Shown: positions 1 through 11,448, numbered from the stretch's first letter. The stretch: DNA of 64,000 bases from an uncultured virus (IMG/VR IMGVR_UViG_3300035698_020436) (IMGVR_UViG_3300035698_020436), one strand, 5' to 3'. Numbers and translations are program-made. Notes: generated by a model not told the origin, from the sequence alone.

Positions 1-606
1 CTAAATCAGAAAAAAATTCATTCCACTACTGACAAGAACCAGACTGCTATTTTTCCAGTTTGTAAAACGGGTCAGCATGTTGTCCCACAACGAGGACTTA
101 GGTTCTGTTTGGGTCTTTTCTGGAAAAAAGATAATAGAACAAATATCTTCGTTAAACACTTTGGGTTTATTTATCATTGGCTTAATTGGTGTAGTTGGTT
201 TAGGCCAAATAACTTTTCTTTTTTCTTTTTCTCTCCATCGGAGGGTTCTAAGAAAACACTGTTCGGCTTTTCCGTAAACCTCACAGTGTTCTGCTGCAGA
301 ACCAGCCACAGCAGCAGCATGGACGGCAGTTCCAGAGTCAGCTACTTCAAACACTTCAAGATATGTCCAGTCAATAGGGATGTCTCCATAAACGAAAATA
401 GCCAAACCCCTATCCTTAGTACTCACGATCCAATTGTCAGATTGGATTTTCCTACCCCCTTTCAGACCCCTGACCATGTGGTTGTTGCCTACCTGTAGGA
501 ATGGGGTAGCTATGGGGATTCCGTGTTTAAGACCTCTCCAAATATGGTCTCCAACTTGAGGGATGTCTAAGAGTTCATAGGTTTTTGGTAGTCTGCATTT
601 TATCAT
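1..606 (-). CDS. hypothetical phage protein
   Basis: ORF with AAGGAG RBS directly downstream of the 38-bp element at 618-655; start moved from the track value 636 to ATG 606. Confidence 0.7.
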   Translation of the reverse strand: MIKCRLPKTYELLDIPQVGDHIWRGLKHGIPIATPFLQVGNNHMVRGLKGGRKIQSDNWIVSTKDRGLAIFVYGDIPIDWTYLEVFEVADSGTAVHAAAVAGSAAEHCEVYGKAEQCFLRTLRWREKEKRKVIWPKPTTPIKPMINKPKVFNEDICSIIFFPEKTQTEPKSSLWDNMLTRFTNWKNSSLVLVSSGMNFFLI

Positions 607-617
607 AGTTTGCTCCT

Positions 618-655
618 TCTTACTACAACAACCCACAACTTTCAGAAACTAAGCT
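618..655 (-). promoter_or_regulatory. 38-bp bipartite element copy 1 (putative phage promoter)
   Basis: AGCTTAGTTT-CTGAAAGT-TGTGGGTTGTTG-TAGTAAGA on minus strand. Confidence 0.75.
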
Positions 656-1274
656 AATCCAAGTCTGGTGGTGTCCAGACCGTATGGGGATATAGTAGTC
701 CTTCTGGCAAATGTATCAACTGTTCTCTCTTGATCGAACGAGACCAATCAAAATATTTCTTTTCAGGGTGTATCCAAGCTCTAGGGTACGAGACAAGTGT
801 ACTCCCTTCATGTAAGACTTTACCCTTTGGTACTCCAAGGGAGGTTTTCGTTGGATTCAGGCAAACTGCCAGACCTTTAGGAATAATGACTCTGAATCCA
901 TTCATGCTGATAACATACTCACAGGTTGTGAGCCACAGGCTGAAATGAACCAGTTCAGGGTCTTCATTTTCAGTTACTTCAAAGTAATCGTTCAGGAGTT
1001 TAACTCCATAGATGTGAATGTCATCAGCAGGGTGTATTTTCTGGTCTCCCCATTGTTTAGCTGGTATTTTATCATAATAGATACCGAACTCCGGTGTAGG
1101 GGGTGCAGGACGTTGAAAATAGACGTGGGTATGTGTGTGTGTGGATATAATGTTGATCGTCGTTCCTAGACCGTCTAAGACCCCTTTTGAGTGATTTGGG
1201 GCAGGGTATGTCCAGTCCTTCGGATGAACCCATGGAAAGAAGGATTGGAATCCTGTTGGATCGTTATTTGACAT
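654..1274 (-). CDS. hypothetical protein
   Basis: 206-aa ORF in operon orientation; stop abuts element copy 1. Confidence 0.7.
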   Translation of the reverse strand: MSNNDPTGFQSFFPWVHPKDWTYPAPNHSKGVLDGLGTTINIISTHTHTHVYFQRPAPPTPEFGIYYDKIPAKQWGDQKIHPADDIHIYGVKLLNDYFEVTENEDPELVHFSLWLTTCEYVISMNGFRVIIPKGLAVCLNPTKTSLGVPKGKVLHEGSTLVSYPRAWIHPEKKYFDWSRSIKREQLIHLPEGLLYPHTVWTPPDLD

Positions 1275-1801
1275 GTTTTTCGGCCCCTCTGTTTAGTTCC
1301 AATCTTGATCTCATTATGGCTCTCAGAGAGCTTTCGATACTTTTCGTAAAGAACTCAATCATAATTTCTGCTACTGCACCCCCTCTTATTTCCCAGAACT
1401 CCTGTTGTTTTTGGTACCTGATGATATCTTGTTCATTGTATCTGATAAAAGCATTGATTCTTTCTTCATCAGATTTGCTTGAGTCTTGAAACAGCAGGTA
1501 ATCTTCAGATAGTTGTGTTGTCATGACTGTTTCCTTTTGATTGAGGCTTCAGCAAACTCTACATCGTTAATAAGGTTTTTATAAGAAAATCTTATGTTGA
1601 AGTCAGATGTGAGGTGGATGTCTTCATGATCTATGTCAAAACTATTGCAGGTTAGTAAGAGCCAACCAAGGTCTTTTACCATGCTGCCTGTTCCTTTAAG
1701 GGCAAAGACTCTAGCAGCTAATGCTGGGAGTTTTTTACCGATTGTTTTCATGCTGTCAAAGTATTTTATAATTCCTGCTTCGTTCATGATTGTTCTCCTT
1801 T

Positions 1802-1839
1802 TCTTACTTCAACAACCCACAATAAAGAGAAACTAAGCC
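1802..1839 (-). promoter_or_regulatory. 38-bp element copy 2
   Basis: GGCTTAGTTT-N8-TGTGGGTTGTTG-AAGTAAGA. Confidence 0.75.
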
Positions 1840-2174
1840 AGAAAAGAAATTATTTGATTTCGTAAAGTTCCACCCATTCTGTTTTGATCCAGAATTTCCA
1901 TTTAGGAACACGTTTAACGGCCATGAATAATATGTCTGAGTTGTTGTAGAGGTCATCAAAGACATCATAAGCTGCCTGGAATGCTGCCTCAGCATCGTTC
2001 ATGGTGTCGTAGCGGGTTGCGTTATCAAGACCCCATATGAAATCATAGCCTTTCCTGTAAAAGTCGTTGGGGTGGTGATTTGGGTCGTATTTCAGGTATG
2101 TCGGAGTGTCATACCTGCCGGTTAAGCTCTTGATAATGATGGTTTCCTGTTTCATTATGATCTTTCCTTTTGCA

Positions 2175-2522
2175 TTACTCAATCAGTTCAGCTTTTTCTT
2201 TTGTAATAGCTGCCAAACATTTGCTTTCACACATTTCCTGATCTTTTTTTGATGTATAGAGCAGCCATATATCTGAACATTCACCTTTACAGCATGAGGT
2301 AGTGTATTTAGATTCGAGGCATTGATATATAACTCGTGACATTTTCTGATTGATATTGTTTTCGAGCAGTTCATTAAACGTCTGGTCCATATCCAGACTA
2401 TTTAGAGCTTTGCTGCATTTCTTGATGCCCACTGCTACCACAATTATCAGTGCTATAACTACAAGTATTGATGCAATAGTTACAACCCAGTCTTTTATTG
2501 ATTTTTTTGTTTCTTTAGTCAT
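2175..2522 (-). CDS. membrane-anchored Cys-rich protein
   Basis: N-terminal hydrophobic helix; C-terminal CCKGEC...CxxxC. Confidence 0.65.
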   Translation of the reverse strand: MTKETKKSIKDWVVTIASILVVIALIIVVAVGIKKCSKALNSLDMDQTFNELLENNINQKMSRVIYQCLESKYTTSCCKGECSDIWLLYTSKKDQEMCESKCLAAITKEKAELIE

Positions 2523-2555
2523 TTTCTCTCTCCAAGATTAGGGTTAATGTTTCTT

Positions 2556-2593
2556 TCTTACTACAACAACCCACAGATTAAAGAAACTAATCC
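2556..2593 (-). promoter_or_regulatory. 38-bp element copy 3
   Basis: GGATTAGTTT-N8-TGTGGGTTGTTG-TAGTAAGA. Confidence 0.7.
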
Positions 2594-2601
2594 AAGCTGG
2601 T

Positions 2602-2898
2602 TCAATAGTCCAAATTAAAATCGTCTAGTTCGTGGTATTTATTACAAACCTCATCAACAGTTTTTAGTCTTTTTGTGATGTTGACACAAGCTATTATGCA
2701 GGCCGACCGCCTGGTGTTAGTGCAGCCTCAAGAACCAAAGAAGCATTGGCCTTTGCAGCATTCTAAAACACTTGGCTCTCCGGTACAGATTAAGCCGTTG
2801 GCACAAGCTTTCTCCTCACCTATTTGGACATTTTCTTCATCCGACTCAAAACAGCCTGTAAGACTTACCACAAGTACCAGTAAAATTAAATATTTCAT
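2602..2898 (-). CDS. Cys-rich lipoprotein with in-frame TGA at codon 57 (candidate selenoprotein, or nonsense pseudogene)
   Basis: AAGGAG RBS, signal peptide with lipobox LTGC, TGA at 2730-2728, frame stays open 41 more codons to TGA at 2604-2602; not in the ORF track. Confidence 0.6.
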
Positions 2899-2909
2899 CT
2901 TTATCTCCT

Positions 2910-3401
2910 TTATTGTTTATATTTCAACATTTCTTTTTGTTCAGATATTAATCGTTTTTCCTCTGCCTTATAAGACACTCCGAACTCAGGTGATTTTTCT
3001 TGTATTGTTTCAAGGATAACATCCGAGTCTATTAGTATCTGAATACCTTGATCGACAAACTGTAAGGATTGTTTGAGTGCTTCTGATGTAAAGTCGTTAA
3101 GCTCCATTTGAGCTGCTTTTATAAGTGCTGTTGTTTTAACAATGTCTTCTCCACAGAGGTCCTTATGAAGAATACAAATTTGTTTACCGTAGATTTGAAA
3201 CTTATCTAATAACAAGATAGCCTGTAATCCGCTGTTTCTTGGGACGGGGTCAATTTTATCCCCAAGACGGAGAATATTTATCAGAACCTCAATAGCACCC
3301 AGATTACGTCCGGCCATTTTATGTAACATGGATGGCATCCATTCACCATTATTATCAATTTGCAAGGCATCAAGTTTACAATATTCACTTATAGAGCCCA
3401 T
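2910..3401 (-). CDS. hypothetical protein, paralog of 4019-4441
   Basis: shared NLGA...GD.IDP...AILLLD.F.IYG.QI..LHK..CGEDIVKT motif. Confidence 0.75.
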   Translation of the reverse strand: MGSISEYCKLDALQIDNNGEWMPSMLHKMAGRNLGAIEVLINILRLGDKIDPVPRNSGLQAILLLDKFQIYGKQICILHKDLCGEDIVKTTALIKAAQMELNDFTSEALKQSLQFVDQGIQILIDSDVILETIQEKSPEFGVSYKAEEKRLISEQKEMLKYKQ

Positions 3402-3987
3402 CACTTTCTCCCTATTAGTATTGCTTATTTGGTTCAAGAGAGAAGAATAAGCAGATGATTTTTAAGTTTGGTTTATTTTGTACGTGTTTGTCTAAAAGGG
3501 CCTGGTAGACAGCTTCTCTTGTTTCATTTTTTACTTTGACTATCCCTCTGGCAGTGTGTGTGTATTCTTTCCAGCCATCATTTACTCTTAAAGTTATTAT
3601 GTAGAACAATTTAATTGGTTCTTTCATTTTTCTCTCCGTTTTTCGTCTTCACGTTTATCGTGGGCTTTATATTCCTCTTTGTCCACAAACCAAGGCACTA
3701 TCCAACTCTGTGCAAGAGGCCGATTTTGTGAATCATAGGCTTGTTTACCACATCTCAGGGATGGTAGGTCTGGATGTTTCAGAGAATAATCTTTACCGGT
3801 CGGGTAGTTACTGAAAAAGACTTCATTTTCCCTGCATTCCGGGTGTTGGCTATCGGTACGATCATTGTAATAATTATTACCATCACCCTTTATACTGAAT
3901 AAGGGACGAGACTTATTTTTAGGTGTCCACTTTAGTTTAAACTCTTTTGTCATAATCTGTTCCTCTTTTTAAGGGTTGTCAATCACT

Positions 3988-4025
3988 TCTTACTACAACA
4001 ACCCACAAAAGTTGGAAACTAAGCC
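3988..4025 (-). promoter_or_regulatory. 38-bp element copy 4
   Basis: consensus match; its TAG is the stop of the upstream ORF. Confidence 0.75.
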
Positions 4026-4441
4026 ATTTTAGGCATGATTTCTCCAAGTTTTGGTAATCTCTCTTGAACTGTCTTAAGAACAGCATCTATATCCAGTGTG
4101 ATTTCGATACGTTGGCTAACAAACTGTACGGCTTGTTTAAGTGCCTCTCCGGTCATTTCTTCAAGATCCATCTGAGCCGAGCGTATGAGGGCTATTGTTT
4201 TTACAATATCTTCTCCACAGATGCTTTTGTGGAGAACCCAAATTTGTTCACCATAGATCTCAAACCGGTCTAATAACAGAATAGCCAGTGAGCCCCCATT
4301 TCTTGCATCTGGGTCAATTCGATCACCAAGGTTAAGAATATTCACCAAAACCTTAGTAGCACCCAGATTTCCCTTGGCCATCCTTACGATAGCATTAGTT
4401 GACCAATCCCCAGTAATTTGTAAGTCGTTTAGTTCAGGCAT
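4019..4441 (-). CDS. hypothetical protein, paralog of 2910-3401
   Basis: clear alignment by eye; GGAG RBS before ATG 4441. Confidence 0.75.
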   Translation of the reverse strand: MPELNDLQITGDWSTNAIVRMAKGNLGATKVLVNILNLGDRIDPDARNGGSLAILLLDRFEIYGEQIWVLHKSICGEDIVKTIALIRSAQMDLEEMTGEALKQAVQFVSQRIEITLDIDAVLKTVQERLPKLGEIMPKMA

Positions 4442-4694
4442 TTTTCTCCATCCAATACACATTTCTTGAACCGTTTGACGGTTTGATTGAACCCGACAAG
4501 TTTGCCTGTTAGTTCTTCATCGTAGGCAGAACAAACCCATTTCTCATCTTCTTGAATAGTAAAGACACAAAACGGGCAAGTGATTCCGTTTATAGAGCAG
4601 TGTTTTTTGTCTGCCGGTTTGATTATAACAGAACCAGGTTTTTCAAATTGTATCATTGTTTTTTCCTATTAATTGATTAGTTAAAAAATATCTC

Positions 4695-4732
4695 TCTTAC
4701 TACAACAACCCACAACTTTTCAAAACTAAGCC
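4695..4732 (-). promoter_or_regulatory. 38-bp element copy 5
   Basis: consensus match, immediately after a terminator. Confidence 0.75.
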
Positions 4733-4775
4733 AAAAAGCACAACCCCCGTAAGCAGGATTACTCACAGGGGTTGT
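4733..4775 (-). terminator. intrinsic terminator
   Basis: minus strand CAACCCCTGTGAGTA-ATCC-TGCTTACGGGGGTTG, 15-bp stem that is complete only with G-U pairs on this strand, then TGCTTTTT. Confidence 0.75.
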
Positions 4776-4930
4776 TAAAGCTTCGGTCAGTCCTACAATT
4801 AAAACAGTCCCGACTCGAACAGACTGCAAAAGGAGTCTATATCAAATACAAGAACTATCTGGCAGCTTTTGATATAGACGGAAGGATCATAGAAACCTCA
4901 AAAACAACACATGCTGCCAGCACCGCACCA
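4733..4930 (-). ncRNA. candidate structured ncRNA with pseudoknot
   Basis: no sizeable minus-strand ORF; interlocking inverted repeats 4835-4846/4868-4879 and 4859-4866/4913-4920; TATAAT upstream; terminator downstream. Confidence 0.45.
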
Positions 4931-6499
4931 TTACTATATTATACCCTACTTCTCGTAATTATAGAATTTCTTTAAGGTCATACCGTAGGTTCTCCTTTCA
5001 AGGCCAACAGCCTTGGGCAATCATCTGGGATTCTGAGCCCACTTATCATATTGTCAGGTAATACTTTCTCTTGGCAGGCATAACCAACGAAATGTTCAGT
5101 AATGACCATATCATAGCAATCAGGGCAATCACTACACCATTCTATCGTCGTGGCTGGTATCAGAACGGTATTTTTCTTCTTTTCAGTCATTCTTTGGCCC
5201 TCTCAAGGCTGCATATAAAATTTCAAGAGTGTCTTCTTCAATGGTTCCTGGAAGACGGTCGATGGTGTACTCCAACTGATTAAGTTTATCCTGCATGATT
5301 CGTTGCCACTCTCCGATATTCTGGAGATGCTCCATAGCATGTTTTGCCCAACCATCTGTCTCTGACAGGTAACCGTCTCGGCTACCGTGGTCTGGGATAG
5401 GTTCAGGATGCATGTTCAGAGCTGATTGAGCACTGATAATCTCACTGGATATTGTTTCAAGGATGTCTTTCATTCCCTTGGTATTATCTGGTTTTACAGG
5501 TGTTCCCATTATTCTACTCCTATTCCACTCCACAGTCAGGGTCGATGATAAATTCGGCATCAGCAAACAGTTCCGTGATATCAATCAACATTTTCTGGGT
5601 TTTGTTGTTTTCTTCTTGAAGGGCATACTCACGTTTGATACGTTCTAATTTCCATGCAAGCAAATGTATTCTCATACCTGCCGGTATGCCTTTGAGGGAG
5701 TCCACATTGAAGCTGATTCGTCCTACTACTAAATTACCGGGCTTGATGACTTCCAAGTCTATTTCCCAACCATCACTGTCTTTATTGGTTTTATTGTTGC
5801 CTTTCGGGGCATTGATGACACCTCTGATGGTCAAATCACCGACAGTGGTATTAAAGCCTCTGTTGTTGAATCCAGGTCTAGTTTTACCGATTTCTATTTT
5901 CATTATGCGTTTCCTTGTCCTTTCCAGTACCAGCAATGTTTTCCGATAGCTGCTAAGAGCTTGAGTTCCACGAGAACCCGACGAAAATGAGAGGTCATTT
6001 CATCATTGTGATCGAAAGCATTGTTGAAGGGGTATCCAATAATTTGGCATTTCTTCTGCCAATATTCTTTCATGACGGCTTTAAGGGTGGCATCAGGGAT
6101 GTATTCGTCAAGTTGTGGCCCGACTTCACTCATAGCCTGTTGAAATTTCTTGGCTTGGGCTTGGTCATTTGATAGTAAGGTTTGTTCATAGTTTTTCATG
6201 GCCATACTCCTTATTTGAGGGGCTTACCGACTTCAACACGAATGACTGGTCCTGAGCCGATGGTGAAGTCTTCAATACCAACGGAAACTAGAACACCACC
6301 AGTATAAGAAAAGTCTCCACAGACAACGTAGGGTCGGAACATCTGGATACTGCCATCAGGGTTGATACATTTGACCGTAGCGTGGCCGTATGACCCCTCA
6401 AGGCTTATATCAAGTACGTCACCAAGGTTGATGTCTTTCAAGTCTTGTAGTTTTTCAGGTTTCATTGTTCAACTCCTATTTTGAAGGTTTTGTTGCCGT

Positions 6500-6537
6500 T
6501 CTTACTACAACAACCCACAAAAACTAGAAACTAAGCC
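6500..6537 (-). promoter_or_regulatory. 38-bp element copy 6
   Basis: consensus match. Confidence 0.75.
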
Positions 6538-6890
6538 ACAACCTATTTATCTGGGAGGGGATGGATCATAGTGTCCATATTGAATCCTTTTAGGTTCTGT
6601 ACTGGCTACATTGAGGGTAATTGATACAGACATCTATGGATTTCTCAAAATGTTTGTTCATAATTTAATCCTTTTCTGGGTAAACAGTTGTTTCAGCATC
6701 TGCCATAAAGTCCTCTTTTTCAATAATACCCTCATCCTTGGCACACTTGGGGCACAAGACAGTACTCTCATACCCTGAAGGTGTCCAACCAATCTCACCA
6801 ATCAAACGATTGACGGTGTACGCCGGAGTCGTTACATGTATTTCTTTAGTTCTCCCACAACCTTTACAGATTATATTCAGTTTCATAATT

Positions 6891-7577
6891 TTAATCCTTT
6901 TCATCCTTGTGTTCAAGGATATTTCCAAGTTTAACTGTAAGATCCTTTATAACAGCAATCCGGGCATCCTCATAAGAGGTAATGAGCCCTTTGCTTTCAG
7001 TGTTTTCGGCTGCCTTAACCACTTTAGTCAGACCTTGAAACAGGTCTTCCAACTTGAGTAGCCCAGCAACAGCATCCCAACCTTTCCGTACATCACCAAA
7101 GAAAGCATCTATGGCAAAGTCCATAACGTCTTCTGATAGTTTGTTGTCAAATCCCATGTAATCCTGAATATTTTTCCTTATGTTGAGGCCTTTATCATTA
7201 ACAATGCCTGCTATGTTTCTTACATAGAATTCTATCAGAAATGAGATGATTTCCGGTTTCGGGATCATTTGAGGTTCATGGACCAAAGGACAGAACTTAC
7301 TTAGTTCTCCGGGCGGAGTTGCTTTTTGTTCATCCGACAAGGGTGCATAGAATGTAGTCCGACCGATATGTTCAGGGTGTTTACAGGTAGTGTAGCCTCG
7401 GACAGGTGGGTCTGATAGGGGTCTTGATAGGGGTCTGTAGCCCGGCCCCGCTGGTTTTGATAGAGGGCAATCCTCACAACGGGTGATTTTCATCTGTAGA
7501 AGTCGAGGTGTTTCTTGTTTTTCTTGTTCAAGAAATAAAGTTTTGTTTGGGTCACCTAAAGTATGTTGTGGTTTCAT
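6891..7577 (-). CDS. hypothetical Cys/His (Zn-binding-like) protein, paralog family member
   Basis: CxxCP...CxHP...CP...FLxEFY...SYxxAR shared with the N-terminus of 12289-13362. Confidence 0.7.
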   Translation of the reverse strand: MKPQHTLGDPNKTLFLEQEKQETPRLLQMKITRCEDCPLSKPAGPGYRPLSRPLSDPPVRGYTTCKHPEHIGRTTFYAPLSDEQKATPPGELSKFCPLVHEPQMIPKPEIISFLIEFYVRNIAGIVNDKGLNIRKNIQDYMGFDNKLSEDVMDFAIDAFFGDVRKGWDAVAGLLKLEDLFQGLTKVVKAAENTESKGLITSYEDARIAVIKDLTVKLGNILEHKDEKD

Positions 7578-9110
7578 AATAGTTTTCCTTAGTGAATTAT
7601 CTCCTTAGCAAGAGGGTCTACCTGTCTCATAACACTCGGCCCTTTACACATATCACGGGCAAATTCGTTAACTTTGATGATAAATTCAAGGGTGTTATAC
7701 TCAGAGTCTTGGAAACAACCCCACTCTGTAATCAGATACTGGAGGAATACAACACCTTCGATATCCCCTCTCACAGATAAAAGATTAATGTAAGCAAAGG
7801 TGTCCCAAAAGGCATCCAGTAACTCATTCGTGGCTCTGGGGTCATTTATACTATAGCCTATTCGGGTTGCTGTTGCTTCTCTTCGTTTCTTTAGTTCTTC
7901 CCGTTTCATTTTGGGAATACTCCTTTGGCACATTCCCCACCATACCGCATGAAGGATTTTTTCAGGATATCGTCTTCAAATTCTTGGTCTCGTTCGTCAG
8001 ATTGTCTCAGGGCATTGGAAATGGCAGTTGCAATCAACAAAAGTCTGCTCTGAGGTACCATTGGGGCACCGTAGTATTCAGAACGCGTGTAACACTCCGG
8101 TAGGGAAAACATACCCAGAGTGATTAGTTCTTCACGAGATACGTCAGGAGGAACTGTGATATAATTAATAATGTAGTTGTTAAGTGTAACTGTTCGGACT
8201 TCTGAACTACCTTTAACATCAGTCTCCTCATCCCATTTGACCTCTAGGACAACTTTTTGAAGGACTGAATGCCGTCTGTCCAGTTCTCCGATCAATCCGT
8301 TGATCTTCATTCTGGTTTTATTAGGTACGCTTTCCAGATCAAGGGTCTTGAAAGTGACTGTTTCATCCACATGGTAGGGTGGGTCACTTCGAGCAATATT
8401 ATATTCTCCGATAATACGGGCTTCAACGTGATACCCAGCGTTATGTTGAATCACTGTGCCTACAATTTTGATTTTCTGAAACGCGGGTTCTGTGAAGTCC
8501 CAGCGTCTAGTAGTCCCAGGTGCTTGAATTAGTCTCATATTAAAAACTTTCTGTTTTGAGTAAGTCGTATCTTGCTTTTTCCTTATTTAGTCTCGTAAAT
8601 TCTACCCCTATAGAATCCAATTCCTTCATAGCCAAATGATGAGGCATTTGAGACTCTTTAAGAGTTTTCACTCTTGATTCCAACTTTTCCATATCTTGTC
8701 TTAGGAAAAAGGCACAAGTAAATGTTTCGATTATTCCATCTGTTGTCATCAAGCCCTCCTAAAAGACAGGGTTTTTCTTTATTGTCTCTTGAGTTTTTTT
8801 GGTTGTCTCTGTTTTACCACAGAGATTACAAATCCTTGTCCATTGAGGTGTTTCAGTACCAGAAACATAATGAGGCAATCGACGGTCAATTCCCATAGTG
8901 CCTACAGGATCACCCTCGATTTGGTATCCTTTTGTAATGATCGGGTCATAGACGGGATCACTCCATTGGTGGTTGCAGTTATGCTCACAAGCATCAAGTT
9001 GTCGTTTGAGGCTTTCAAGATTATCCTCAGCTTTCGTTATTTGTTTTCGTAGGTAGCTTGCATCAATTATAGTCATCGGGTTCTCCTTTTCATAATATCT
9101 TACCCCATTT

Positions 9111-9425
9111 TTAGGCATCAGAAGTGAGTTTAGCTTGAATGAGTTTAATGTCCTCATCGGTCAGGTCTTCATTTTCACCAGTGTCCATGTTGCAACGGAC
9201 AATAGCAAAATCACCATGGATCATGTCTTGGAGTTCGGGGATAAAGCGGTTGGGGAGTAAATTAGTGAGCTTGCCTTCTTCATTACAGATAATAGCAAGG
9301 GGTTCATTCATCTCGAACCCGACCATTTCAATGGGTCCACCAACGACGTTTTGCAGCCCTTCAAGGCTGTTCTCAATATCAGTGATTTTAGGTTCATTTC
9401 CTACAGGGACAATTATAACTTTCAT
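9111..9425 (-). CDS. DUF3846-like protein
   Basis: LEGLQNVVGGPIE...IICNEEGK..NL.PNR...IHGDF pattern. Confidence 0.7.
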   Translation of the reverse strand: MKVIIVPVGNEPKITDIENSLEGLQNVVGGPIEMVGFEMNEPLAIICNEEGKLTNLLPNRFIPELQDMIHGDFAIVRCNMDTGENEDLTDEDIKLIQAKLTSDA

Positions 9426-9450
9426 AGTTTCTCTCCTTGGTTGTCAGTAT

Positions 9451-9488
9451 TCTTACTACAACAACCCACAAAAAAGAGAAACTAAGCC
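9451..9488 (-). promoter_or_regulatory. 38-bp element copy 7
   Basis: consensus match. Confidence 0.75.
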
Positions 9489-11448
9489 GTAGGATTATTT
9501 GAGTGTCTGTTTTACTGTTGCAAAGAACTTAGCATACAGACTTTTAACTATAGCATTATAAACAGGAGGTGAGAGATCAGTAAGGCCTATAACATCAGGA
9601 TTCCCGTATTTTTTGAGCTGTCTGAGAGCAATGTCTGCATCCCCTGTCAGGAATCGAACGAAAGCATCAAGAACCCAGATCATTTTCGTGTTGTTAAAGT
9701 GAATGTCAAAATTAGCCTGTTTCAAGATCGGAACGATGTGTTTCCGAGTCTCAGGGCGTTTATTGGCTATCTTGGTCAGTTTTTTAATAGAATCGGTCAT
9801 AATATCCTCCAGTCGTTTCAACTACTAAGAGGGATTGATAGGCTGATTATTGCTTTAGACTCTTTCTATAACCTTGAGGCATTTCAAGGCTAATTGTCGT
9901 CCAAGCTGCTTTGCACCTGAAAGATTTCTGTTAACCCACATAATTTGTTCAGTGTAAATACTGGAACCTTCAGCTTTACTAGCTCCTGAGACACGAAGCC
10001 AAGTATGAGCGTCACAACCCTTCTGGTTAGTTCGTATATGTATTTTCACTAGTCCTTTCGGGGTGTTAACATCTGCCCAAACAGCACTGTCATGACGACG
10101 TTTCCAAGGTATTCTACCAAGAGATGTATTAGGGACGGCATCCTTCATATCCCACTCTTTATAGGTGTTCAGAGCCATTTGACGTGCAATCCTTTTGGCT
10201 TGGGCGTAGCTGCCTGTCGTGGCATAGTTCCTGATGACTTTCCGGCCATCTTCTCGTCGAGCAAAAACTCGGATATCAATAGCATCTTCACAAGTTTTAT
10301 TATCACAAGTATGACTCAGATATAAATAAATTTTCACATCAGGTAAAGGGACAATGGCCTCTACTCTTGCATTGTGTGCAAGTACAGGATTGGTTTCTGC
10401 CCACGTAATTCGTTTAGGGAATCCTTTAAGTGGTGTCATCTCTTACCTCTCTTATCATCAGATACCTTCTTACTTGTTAACGGTGATTAAACCATCCACA
10501 TCTCGTAGGGGTTTCCGACGAGGTGTTCTGACAGGTTTGGATGTTATTTTTATACCGGACTCAGCTGCCATTTTTCTAATAGCAGCCAAAACTTCATCCA
10601 GTTCCTTTTGTCTTTCAGGAGTCGGCCTTGGTATCCAGAGCATTATTCTATCTCCAGGAAAATGAGGAACTTATCGAACATTTCCTTGTCTGTAGTGAAA
10701 AATACATCATTTACAATATCCAACCATGCTACAGTCTTATATTTACCCTGTAAGGATTCCCGTATCATGGCGGGTGACCCTGATTTGGCCAGAGTTTGGA
10801 TGTCTTCGATACACTGGTCTATGACCTTTGACGGGGCAAAAATGTGAAAAGTTTTGCCACTGTATTCAACGGCTGATTTGGTGTAATCTTTCTGATTTCC
10901 GTTGATCCGAGTCAAGCATTCAGGCAGTGCTGACCACTCAAACTCAGATCGTCCCATATAATCAAAAGACAAGATTGGGATGAGTTCCTCCACGGCTTCC
11001 GGGGTCAGGCCGTGGCCACCTCCACCAAAAGGCATCTGGAATAGTCTGGGGGTCATATTAGCCTTGGGAGGCTCGATTCTTTGGATTCTCTCTGAATTTA
11101 ATATCATGTTTTAAACTCCTGCCAGCCACGGTATGTAAGCTGAGAAATTGTGAGCAATGATGCTCCAACCTATTTCACAAAGGTTAAAAACCAGTAGCCC
11201 AAGAGCAAAGTTAGACAGGGCATTAAAGATCACGGCTGTTTTGTGAGTGAGTACAGGATCGTTTACAAAGAAACCTGTACAGAACTGACTGATGAATTTC
11301 AGGACAACAAACAGAGCAAATGCTTGAGGTACTGTGGAAAAAGTTGTTTCAATGGGCATTACATATCTCCTTATGTTTTTTGGACAATGTTATATTTCTT
11401 CAAGGTATCCAGCCGAACATCACAGGTTTTCTCTCATTTTTTTTTCAT

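Noticed and set aside
4800..4925. HDV-like/theta ribozyme identity for the pseudoknot
   Set aside because: No room for P3/L3 and P1.1 between the two helices; topology does not fit
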